Assembly (NCBI GenBank): GCA_965601905.1
Contig: CBFCXB010000001.1
Span: 1-36,692, forward strand
Direction of reading: 5' to 3'
Length of the DNA: 36,692 bases
DNA from: an uncultured bacterium
Lineage (GTDB): Bacteria; Krumholzibacteriota; Krumholzibacteriia; Krumholzibacteriales; Krumholzibacteriaceae
Below, one piece after another: positions 17,132 through 25,214 of this stretch. The notes under the pieces are model-generated. The model was not told where the DNA came from. It saw nothing but the letters and a program-made list of their open reading frames with translations, and did not search any database. Both the position numbers and the translations under genes were made by a program. Position 1 is the first letter of the stretch; each line of letters opens with the position of its first letter.

Positions 17132-18520
17132 TTAATCCAGAAGCGAGAAGATTTCCGTGTGGATGCGCTTGGCCTCTACGCCCGAGCGCTCCAGTGCATC
17201 GACCACCGTCCCGAGCAATCCCGGCGGCCCGCAGACATAGAACGCTCTGCCGGTGTACTTCCCACCGCAGAGGCGTTCGAGCCTATCGCGGTCTATCCGG
17301 CCGGCTTCGCCTTCCCATTCCGTTCCGGGATTGCTCAGGACGTGGATTACGCGGAGTTTCGGATGGCCGCCGCGTTCGATCTCCGCCAGTTCGTCGCGGA
17401 AAACGATCGATTTCATGTCGCGGTTTGCATAGATCAGGATGACGGGCAGCTCGGAGCCGGTGTCCCGCATGTGCCTGATCATCCCCATCAGGGGGGTGAT
17501 GCCGATGCCGCCCGCGACAAAGACGAAATCGTTTTCGTCCGGGTGGAGCAGATAGCTGAATCGTCCGAACGGCGCATGCACCGTTGCCGTATCCCCCGGC
17601 CGTGTGTTCCCGATTGTTGCGGTGAAGTCGCCCAGTTCTTTGATCGTCGCGCCGATCGAATCGCGTTCGGCCGGGCTCGAGGAGATCGTCCAGTGATGTT
17701 CCTCCTCGGGGAGTCCCTTGTCCCGGTGAAACGTGAGGAACTGGAATTGCCCGGGGAGGTAGTCGAATACCTTGTGGCCCTCGGGAGGGGCGAGCGTGAT
17801 ATCCCACACCCGTTCTGTCACCTGCCGCACATCGCTCACCCGGTACGGTCGTCGCGAGAGCAGAAACGGACGGAGGAACCGGTGATATACGAATGCCGTC
17901 AATGCCCCCGCCGAAACAACGATCCAGACCCACCGCATCCACGGTATGTCCAGATCTTCCCCCGCAGACCAGCCGTGTACGAAGGCCAGAATGAAAATGG
18001 CGGGGAAGAGGATGTCATGGAACATGCGCCACCGCTCGAATCCCAGGCGGTCGGGCATGCGGAACATGCTGAGAACGGTGATGACGATGATGAGCAGCAG
18101 CGAGCCCTTTCCCGCGAGGATGTACCACGGCCCCTCGAGCGAGTAGAGTATTTCGAACCCGGCGTCTCCGGCACCGAGGAGTACCGGATGCAAAATGATC
18201 AGGGTGAAGGCGAGAATCGCCATATGCCGGTGGAACCTGATGACGATGTCGAATCCGAAGGCGCGTTCGATCCATCTGAAGCGGCCTGCCACAATTGGCT
18301 GGAGCGCGAGCATCATGAACCCGAGAATCGCCATGCTCCGTCCCAGCTCCGACACGAGTCCGTAGTACGTCCGGCTGGTCAAATCGAGGACCGCCAGCGG
18401 GCCGACCACGATCAACACGTAGAGCGTTACGCGGAATACACCTTTTGCCATCTTGACGGACGTCGCCTCCGTTTGTAGCGTAAATCTCTCTCCCGAGCTA
18501 TGTAATCCACGTACCGGCAC
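17132..18520 (-). CDS. NOX/FRE-type flavocytochrome (ferric-reductase TM domain + FAD-binding + NAD(P)H-binding modules)
   Basis: The six-TM region has two His pairs (FHRHMAILAFTLIILH and FHDILFPAIFILAFVH, each with 14-residue spacing). It has an FAD motif (HHWTISSSP), NAD(P)H motifs (FVFVAGGIGITP, CGPPGL) and the terminus ...EIFSLLD. The GTG at 18520 abuts the upstream stop. ATG 18451 (MAKGVF...) is an alternative start. Confidence 0.85.
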   Translation of the reverse strand: MPVRGLHSSGERFTLQTEATSVKMAKGVFRVTLYVLIVVGPLAVLDLTSRTYYGLVSELGRSMAILGFMMLALQPIVAGRFRWIERAFGFDIVIRFHRHMAILAFTLIILHPVLLGAGDAGFEILYSLEGPWYILAGKGSLLLIIVITVLSMFRMPDRLGFERWRMFHDILFPAIFILAFVHGWSAGEDLDIPWMRWVWIVVSAGALTAFVYHRFLRPFLLSRRPYRVSDVRQVTERVWDITLAPPEGHKVFDYLPGQFQFLTFHRDKGLPEEEHHWTISSSPAERDSIGATIKELGDFTATIGNTRPGDTATVHAPFGRFSYLLHPDENDFVFVAGGIGITPLMGMIRHMRDTGSELPVILIYANRDMKSIVFRDELAEIERGGHPKLRVIHVLSNPGTEWEGEAGRIDRDRLERLCGGKYTGRAFYVCGPPGLLGTVVDALERSGVEAKRIHTEIFSLLD

Positions 18521-19033
18521 TTATTGCTTGTACGTGTGGAATATCCAGTCCTTGTTCTTCTTCACCTTGGCGTGGCAGTCGATGCACCCCTTCATCTTAC
18601 CCTCGCCGAGGACCGTTCCGTCAGGGGCGTATTTCACCCAGAACCAATCGCCGCCCTCGGGATTGTATCCCTTTACCTTGTACATCGGGGTAAGGGCGAC
18701 GAGCTGTTTCCCGGGGTTGTAATTCTCCTTCATGATGATCGCTCCCTCTGGCATGACGCTTTTACCCTCGCGAAAAGCCGCCATGGCGATCGGATTCGCC
18801 AGGACCCGTATATATTCACCGTGGGGGCTCTTGCCCTTGTGGAGTACTATATGTCCCGGCCAGAGCCCCCAGCCGAGGTAGGGACTTTCCGTGGTCATAT
18901 GCTTCCAGAGCGCGGCTCCGTCGGCAGCCGGCATAGCTCTTTTCGCCTCTTCCTTCTCGCCCTGCCCGATGACAGGCAGGGACAGAACGAAGGCGATAAG
19001 GAGCGCTGCCGAAAAGAGCAATACTTTTTTCAT
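18521..19033 (-). CDS. exported mono-haem c protein, cytochrome P460 / c'-beta family-like
   Basis: AAGGAGG lies 6 nt upstream. It has a signal peptide (MKKVLLFSAALLIAFVLSLPVIGQ) and a single C-terminal CIDCH motif. That motif is preceded by ...IIMKENYNPGKQLVALTPMYKVKGYNPEGGDWFWVKYAPDGTVLGEGKMKG, which is the pattern I associate with the P460 fold. Confidence 0.7.
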   Translation of the reverse strand: MKKVLLFSAALLIAFVLSLPVIGQGEKEEAKRAMPAADGAALWKHMTTESPYLGWGLWPGHIVLHKGKSPHGEYIRVLANPIAMAAFREGKSVMPEGAIIMKENYNPGKQLVALTPMYKVKGYNPEGGDWFWVKYAPDGTVLGEGKMKGCIDCHAKVKKNKDWIFHTYKQ

Positions 19034-19337
19034 GGCGACCTCCTTGTGTCGTCCCGGGGGATCACATGCCGTGCATTATCGGTTGATGCGGATCCGGCGA
19101 TCCATGGCGCCGCAAATACCTGACCGCTGCATCGAATGCGCCAACCCGTATCGCGCACATGTTCCGTATTGCTATGGTATGATCCCCCTTTGGAAGTTCC
19201 CCATTCGCAAGCGTACCGTCTCCGGCCGGTACAGTCAAGTCCATAAAGTCCCGTTTCGTTTTCCACTTCCGTTCGGCGGGGCGATCATGGATAATAGAAG
19301 CGGAGTATCATATCCATTACGGAGAAAGTGAGTAATC

Positions 19338-20321
19338 ATGGCTGATCTATCAACAACATACATGGGTTTAGAGTTGCGCAGTCCCGTTCTCGTCGCGAGC
19401 TGCAGTCTCACTAAGGACGCCGCCGGTGTGAGGAAGTGCGCCGATGCAGGGGCGGGCGCCGTGGTGCTCAAATCCCTCTTCGAGGAGCAGATCTGGGTCG
19501 GGATCGAACAGACGGGGCGGTATACGCAGGCGCTCTGGCATACAGAGGCGGTCGACTACGTGGAGAAGATGGGACTGGCGATCGGGCCGACCGAATACCT
19601 GAAGCTGATCGAGGAGGCGAAGCGCGCCGTATCGATCCCCGTGATCGCCAGCCTCAACTGCACGTCATCCGACGTGTGGGTGGAATACGCGAAACGGATC
19701 GCGGCGGCGGGCGCCGATGGGATCGAATTGAACATCGCGTTGATGCCGAGCGATCCGAAACGCCGCGCCGGGGAGATCGAGGAACGCTATTTCCGTGTCG
19801 TCGAGAATATCAGGGCAAACACCGATATCCCGATCGCCGTGAAGATCGGATCGCACTTCACGTCCGTCGCCGAGTTCGCGCGCCAGCTCCATCTGCGGGG
19901 TGCGGCCGCACTCGTCCTGTTCAACCGGTTCTACCAGCTCGATGTCGATATCGAAAAGCTGGCCCTCGCCCCGGGTTACCGTTTCAGCTCCCCGCACGAG
20001 ATGAGCGTTCCCCTGCGCTGGATGGCGCTGCTGGCGGGCCGGCTGGAAATCGACCTGGCCGCCTCCACCGGGGTGCATGACGGGGCCGGCGCCGTCAAGA
20101 TGCTCCTCGCCGGCGCCACGGTGGTGCAGCTCTGCTCGACGCTGTACATCAATGGACTCGAAAGAATAGGCGAGGTGCTCGAGTTTGTTGAATCGTGGAT
20201 GGAAGAGCATGGATTCGACTCGATCGAGCAGTTCCGCGGGAAGCTGAGCCAGATGCAGAGCGAGAAGCCGGAGCTGTTCGAGCGCCTCCAGTACATCAAG
20301 GCCCTCGTCGGGATCGAGTAG
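19338..20321 (+). CDS. dihydroorotate dehydrogenase-like TIM-barrel flavoprotein (non-canonical)
   Basis: The DHOD-family pattern is MGLELRSPVLVASCSLTKD...GAGAVVLKSLF...IPVIASLN...GADGIELNIALMP...IPIAVKI...STGVHDGAGAVKMLLAGATVVQLCS. The position of the catalytic Cys/Ser (ELN-LSC-PN in class 1) reads ELN-IAL-MP. Confidence 0.8.
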   Translation: MADLSTTYMGLELRSPVLVASCSLTKDAAGVRKCADAGAGAVVLKSLFEEQIWVGIEQTGRYTQALWHTEAVDYVEKMGLAIGPTEYLKLIEEAKRAVSIPVIASLNCTSSDVWVEYAKRIAAAGADGIELNIALMPSDPKRRAGEIEERYFRVVENIRANTDIPIAVKIGSHFTSVAEFARQLHLRGAAALVLFNRFYQLDVDIEKLALAPGYRFSSPHEMSVPLRWMALLAGRLEIDLAASTGVHDGAGAVKMLLAGATVVQLCSTLYINGLERIGEVLEFVESWMEEHGFDSIEQFRGKLSQMQSEKPELFERLQYIKALVGIE

Positions 20322-20361
20322 CGGCATAGAGACGGATTATCCGATGCAGGCGGGTGAACCG

Positions 20362-21501
20362 TTATGCCGGATCGATCCGGGCGGATCCTCGCGCGCGCAC
20401 CGTTTGAATTTTCCGCCGGAGAAGACCGTCGAGTTGGATTACGAGGATCGCCGCGTACAGGATGAGCAGCGGCTCGAAGTACATACGGTACCTGATCTCG
20501 AAATTGGAAAAAACGATAAGCAGTATGATATATCCGACAATAGGTATGATGATGCCGAAATGTTCCCTTCGGCCGTACCGTACCATCCCCGTCAACCCCA
20601 GTATCATGACGATGAAATGCGCGTATGCCGCCGCATAGTTGCTGTGGCGCATCTGCCCCTCCTCGCTTGAAAGGGAGCCGCTCCACCCTTTCCGCAATGC
20701 CGCCGAGGCGTTGTGATATAACTTGTGGACGGTCGCCCACTTTTCGTACCTGCCGGCGCTGAACTTGCGCAAATCGATCTTGTAAGCGCTCTTGTGGTAT
20801 ACCGGCGTGAATGTTCTTCGAGCGACACTGTTCCTGATCGTCCAGGGCGCCAGTATCGCGGCCACGATTACGATGAACAGTATCTTTTTCCGCGCCGTGA
20901 TCAACATCCCCGGCAGAAGATACGCCAGCAGCGGTTTTGCCAGTATTCCGATGCCGATCATGGCGGCCGAGAAGCACACCCTGCCGGTCTCCGTCACCTC
21001 GAGTACGGCCGCGGTCAGTATGAGGACGACAATGATCAAGCCGAGCGAGTCGGGATAGATCGTGAGATTGTATATCAGGAAGTTCGGATAGATGGCACTG
21101 ATTGCCGCCGCCAGGATGCCCGCGCTGCGGCTGTGCAGCAGTCTACCTGTTACATACATGAGGAGGACCACAATGGAACTCAGCACGCCCTGGGAAATGA
21201 AAACGGCGCGATGGCTGGAGGCGCCGAAAATAGCGTATACGAAGCGGAGAAAGAGTGCGTAGATAGGCGGGTGGTACTCGTCCCAGCCGCCGCCGAGAGC
21301 GATCTCATCGAACAGTTTTAACTCGTCCATGACGATCGGGTTCGCGGAAAAATCGACAACGGCGGCGAAATAGACACGGAGGAACAGCGCCACCGCGAAG
21401 ATGATCGCAAGGATATCGATATCTTCCCGTATGTAGCCCGGGATGCCGGCAGCATGGACATTCACGAGCTGCTTGAGTTTCGCGAGAATATTCTTTCGCA
21501 T
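20362..21501 (-). CDS. GT-C family (PMT_2/ArnT-like) integral-membrane glycosyltransferase, paralog B
   Basis: This is the C-terminal 379 aa of the 845-aa track ORF, starting at MRKNILAKLKQ (ATG 21499-21501). It has multiple TM helices and a first-loop acidic motif (VMDELKLFDEIALGG). YHPPIYALFLRFVYAIFG aligns with paralog A, as does the rest of the protein. It overlaps paralog A by 40 nt. Confidence 0.8.
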   Translation of the reverse strand: MRKNILAKLKQLVNVHAAGIPGYIREDIDILAIIFAVALFLRVYFAAVVDFSANPIVMDELKLFDEIALGGGWDEYHPPIYALFLRFVYAIFGASSHRAVFISQGVLSSIVVLLMYVTGRLLHSRSAGILAAAISAIYPNFLIYNLTIYPDSLGLIIVVLILTAAVLEVTETGRVCFSAAMIGIGILAKPLLAYLLPGMLITARKKILFIVIVAAILAPWTIRNSVARRTFTPVYHKSAYKIDLRKFSAGRYEKWATVHKLYHNASAALRKGWSGSLSSEEGQMRHSNYAAAYAHFIVMILGLTGMVRYGRREHFGIIIPIVGYIILLIVFSNFEIRYRMYFEPLLILYAAILVIQLDGLLRRKIQTVRARGSARIDPA

Positions 21502-22631
21502 GAGCTTCCTATCAGCATCGCCGTGTACATGATCAGCAGCGGTTCGATGAGCACCCTGTACCGATACTTGAAAATGGCAAGCAAAATCGAGAACAGCAGG
21601 TAGCTTGTCATCATATATGCAATGATCCTGTTCTCTTTGCTGTAGAGCCTCGCCAGGCCTATGAATCCGAAGATGGCGACGGGGAGGTAGGCGTACAGCA
21701 TGATATTTTTCAGCGTCGAGTTTCTGCCGACTACATTTTGCAGTACGAAGGTGTCCCATCCCCGGGAGAGGAGGAGCGACAGCTTGTTGTAGGTGATATC
21801 CATCGTTTTCCACTTGTTGTGTATGATGAACTTCAGGGCTTCTGTGACGTAGGTCTTCTGATCGTGATCGTACGTCTCGAGTGGTGTCGCTTCGGCCGCG
21901 ACGTGTTTCGATCCCGTTGCGGCGGGATTGTAGGTCGCGTAGAAGTTCAATGCTCCGGTATCCGAGACGGGCGCCACTTTTTCGTGCACGAGTGCGTTTC
22001 GCACGATCCACGGTGTGAGCAGCGCAATGATAACGAGCAGCTGGATCAGGCGTTTGCGGCTCGTAAGCAGCGTCGCCGGCACGAAGAAGAGTATCGCCGA
22101 TTTGATGAAGATCCCGGCGGCCAGGACGCACCCCAGCGCGATCGCCTTTTTGGTGTCGCCGAACGGTTTGAACAGGAGCCATACGAGCAGGACGACGATG
22201 AAGATGCTGAGCGCCTCGGTCATCGTGGTCAGGCTGTAGGCGATGAAATTCGGATAGACGGCCGAGATCACGGCGGCCGAGAGAGCGGCGACCTCGTTTG
22301 AGATGCGCCTCACGATATCGTAGATCATGAGAATCATCAGCGACGTTATAATGCCCTGCACGATGTAGACCGCATTGTAATTGTAGTTGCCGAATATCGT
22401 GTAGACGAGACGGAGAAACAGCGGGTAGAGGGGAGGTAGATACGTGTTGAATCCTCCATCGACGGCGAGTTCGTTGTAATCGTGCATATCGCTGAAGTTG
22501 GACAGGAAATCGGACATCGCCCCAAGATGGATACGGAGCGCCGTCGCCGCGATGAATATAACGACCAGAGCGATCCTCGCGCCGTTCAATTTTCTCCCTG
22601 CGAGTAGCGACCGGATATTCAACGTAGGCAC
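21462..22631 (-). CDS. GT-C family (PMT_2/ArnT-like) integral-membrane glycosyltransferase, paralog A
   Basis: 389-aa polytopic ORF. Motifs are FSDMHDYNELAVDGG...YLPPLYPLFLRLVYTIFG...AVISAVYPNFIAYSLT...PWIVRNALVHEKVAPVSDTGALNFYA...IFKYRYRVLIEPLLIMYTAML. The GTG start at 22631 has GGAGG only 2 nt upstream, so the TTG at 22622 is a possible true start. Confidence 0.8.
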   Translation of the reverse strand: MPTLNIRSLLAGRKLNGARIALVVIFIAATALRIHLGAMSDFLSNFSDMHDYNELAVDGGFNTYLPPLYPLFLRLVYTIFGNYNYNAVYIVQGIITSLMILMIYDIVRRISNEVAALSAAVISAVYPNFIAYSLTTMTEALSIFIVVLLVWLLFKPFGDTKKAIALGCVLAAGIFIKSAILFFVPATLLTSRKRLIQLLVIIALLTPWIVRNALVHEKVAPVSDTGALNFYATYNPAATGSKHVAAEATPLETYDHDQKTYVTEALKFIIHNKWKTMDITYNKLSLLLSRGWDTFVLQNVVGRNSTLKNIMLYAYLPVAIFGFIGLARLYSKENRIIAYMMTSYLLFSILLAIFKYRYRVLIEPLLIMYTAMLIGSSCERIFSRNSSSS

Positions 22632-22726
22632 TTCCTCCGTTCACGGATCGGCTGTCACGCATTCCATCCCATGTATTGTATAGTATCAGCGGTTTCTTGT
22701 AAATAGACGTCGTATGGCCGGCACGC

Positions 22727-25156
22727 TCATGGCCGATCGGGATCCGTCGAGAACATGTCGACATTGACGCGGTGGTCGCCGAGAAGGTACTCGGCGAAGT
22801 AGTCGGCCGTGAGCCGCTGGAGGTAGGGCCATTGGTGCCGCTTTCCGTACCCGTGATCCGCCCCGGGAAAAACAAAGTAGTCGAACCGTTTTCCCGCACG
22901 GATCAGTGCGTCGGCGAGGCGGGCCGAGTGCGCGGGGTACGCCACCGAGTCCATGCTCCCGTGTATGATCAGCAGGTGTCCTTTCAGATTGCCGGCGATC
23001 TCGATGTTCGTCTGCGAGGGGACCTCCCACGAGATCGATCCGTCCTCTTTCTCGACCATCCGCGCGCCGTTGTACCGTTCGTGCCAGATGTTGTACATGA
23101 TCCTGCCGTCGTGGGGTCCGGATATCGCAACGCCCACCTTGAAGAAATCGGGTTCTGTGAGCATCGCCGTGGCGGCGCAGTATCCACCGGATGATCCGCC
23201 GAAGATCCCGACCCGGTCGATGTCGATGAACGGATGGCGCCCGGCGAGCTCCCGGACGACCGCCTTCTTGTCGGGAATCGGGTAATCGCGCAGGTTCCCC
23301 CGGCCGTAGGATCGGTACTCGAAACCGCGCTCGGGCGTGCCGCCGCGGTTGCCGAAATCAACGACGATGAAGCCGAGTTGCGCGAGGATCCCCTCGGTGG
23401 CCCACGGCGAAAATTCGTGGGGTATGTACTCTCCCTGCTTGCCGGGGTACGTGCGGACGATGATCGGGTACTTCTTGCCGGGATCGAAATCGAACGGCTT
23501 CCACATGACCCCCCAGAGATCGGTGGCGCCGTCGGCGGCGGTGGCTGAGAAGATCTCGGGCGGTTTCCAGCCGGCGTCGACGAGCGGGGTGATGTCGCAT
23601 CTTTCCAGTTCGAGCACGGTCTTTCCGTTTCTTTCGCGAAGCACCGATACGGGGGGCATGTCGACGCTCGAGTAGGTGTCGATGAAGTAGCGCTTCGACG
23701 GGGACATCGTGATCCGGTGCTCGGCGTTCTCCGGCGTGAGGACTTCGAATTTCGTTCCGTCGAGCCGGACACGGTAGAGGTGCCGGTAGTATGGATTTCG
23801 ATCCGGTTCGCGGGCGTTCGCCGTGAGGTACACGTAGCCGTTTTCCTCATCGACCGTTATGACCTCATCGACGTTGAATTCCCCCATGGTGAGCTGGGCG
23901 ATGAGCGTTCCATCCATGTCGTAGCGGTAGAGGTGCCCCCACCCATCGCGCATCGACCACCAGAGAAAGCCGTCGTGCTCGGGAAGCTCGGTGATCGGCT
24001 TGATGTAGACCATATCCGGCATGCGCTCCTCGATGAGGATGGTACTCTCCCCGGTGAAGGGATCGGCTGCGCAGAGATCAACGCTGAGGTAGTCGCGACT
24101 CCGGCGGATGAAGTAGAGGTGTGTGCCGCTGCCGTTCCAGTAGACGGTCGGGGCGAAAAGGTCCCAGAGCGTCTGGTCGGGCCAGCGTTCGATGTCGATG
24201 CGCACGAGCGCCTCCGAGATACGGTCATACGCCCACAGTTCATGCTGGTAGATCTGTTCACCGGGCATCGCACACTTGAAGGTCATGAGCGTCGGGCGCG
24301 GCTCGGCCAGCTCGTCGATCAGCCACAGGTCGCCGACAGCGCGTGCGTCGAACCGGCCTACACAGAACCGGCGCGAATCATTCGACCAGAACGCCTCCAC
24401 GTATCCGAACACGCCGGGCCCGTCGGCGGCGTCATCCTTCTGGCCTCCCCACCGGTACCCCGGTTCGCCGTCGTTCGCGATCCGACGCTCCGTACCGTAC
24501 GGATCGGCGGTCTCCGCGATGTAGAGGTTGTTGCCGCGGGAAAAGACGAACCACGCGCCATCGGGGGAGATCGATCGTCGCGGCGTCTCCGCGGGCGGAA
24601 CGATCGAATCGACGAGGACCGCCGCGTCGGAGCGGATATCGTATTCGTATCGGGCATCACCGATCGTGAACCGGGCGGTGCGTCCGTTTTCCGTAATCTC
24701 TACCGCGGCGGGCTCGACGCCGGGACGGTCCCTCTGATCGCCGGTTAGCCGGGTGATCGCCTCCTCTATCGTGCTTCCGTCGAAGAGGAACTGCTGCTTT
24801 CTTCGCGAACAGTCGACGAGATACCAGCTCGTACCCGCGTCCGTCCGGTACCAGTACCAGAAACGGCCGCCGTTCTCCATCCAGTTCGGCGTGATTGTGG
24901 TGCTCATGATACGCGGGAAGAGCTTTTCGGGTCCCCATTCCGCCAGCAGCGGATAGTTGGCCTCCGTCACGGGAACGGGGTCGGAATCTTCGCCTGCGGA
25001 GCTGTCGCTTCCGCCGGGTGAGCCTGCCGTCACCCCCGGCCGTGACGATCCGCGAAGCGGCGAGGCGGAACCGCCGGGCAACGGTGAACACAGGGTGAAA
25101 ACGGCCAGGCATACTACGATGATAGAGATCCTTTCATTCACGAACCGCTGGAACAT
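22727..25156 (-). CDS. S9B-family dipeptidyl peptidase IV-like serine peptidase (DPPIV N-terminal propeller + alpha/beta hydrolase)
   Basis: Start ATG 25156 (MFQRFVNERISIIVVCLAVFTLCS, a signal peptide) has GGAGG 7 nt upstream. The nucleophile motif is GIFGGSSGGYCAATAM, with IIHGSMDSVAY and FPGADHGY downstream. The 52 codons upstream in the track ORF are unlikely to be coding. Confidence 0.88.
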   Translation of the reverse strand: MFQRFVNERISIIVVCLAVFTLCSPLPGGSASPLRGSSRPGVTAGSPGGSDSSAGEDSDPVPVTEANYPLLAEWGPEKLFPRIMSTTITPNWMENGGRFWYWYRTDAGTSWYLVDCSRRKQQFLFDGSTIEEAITRLTGDQRDRPGVEPAAVEITENGRTARFTIGDARYEYDIRSDAAVLVDSIVPPAETPRRSISPDGAWFVFSRGNNLYIAETADPYGTERRIANDGEPGYRWGGQKDDAADGPGVFGYVEAFWSNDSRRFCVGRFDARAVGDLWLIDELAEPRPTLMTFKCAMPGEQIYQHELWAYDRISEALVRIDIERWPDQTLWDLFAPTVYWNGSGTHLYFIRRSRDYLSVDLCAADPFTGESTILIEERMPDMVYIKPITELPEHDGFLWWSMRDGWGHLYRYDMDGTLIAQLTMGEFNVDEVITVDEENGYVYLTANAREPDRNPYYRHLYRVRLDGTKFEVLTPENAEHRITMSPSKRYFIDTYSSVDMPPVSVLRERNGKTVLELERCDITPLVDAGWKPPEIFSATAADGATDLWGVMWKPFDFDPGKKYPIIVRTYPGKQGEYIPHEFSPWATEGILAQLGFIVVDFGNRGGTPERGFEYRSYGRGNLRDYPIPDKKAVVRELAGRHPFIDIDRVGIFGGSSGGYCAATAMLTEPDFFKVGVAISGPHDGRIMYNIWHERYNGARMVEKEDGSISWEVPSQTNIEIAGNLKGHLLIIHGSMDSVAYPAHSARLADALIRAGKRFDYFVFPGADHGYGKRHQWPYLQRLTADYFAEYLLGDHRVNVDMFSTDPDRP

Positions 25157-25214
25157 ATACGGGCCTCCATTGCATTGAAGCTGAATAGATGACTCTGGAC
25201 CACCGCGCACGGTT

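Noticed and set aside
20362-22899. 845-aa ORF in the track that would be the largest minus-strand protein here
   Set aside because: Only its C-terminal 379 aa (from ATG 21501) look like a real protein, the GT-C paralog. The N-terminal ~465 aa are Arg/His-rich and low in complexity. They overlap the convincing 389-aa GT-C gene (21462..22631), which lies in another frame, so this part is a shadow ORF typical of GC-rich DNA.
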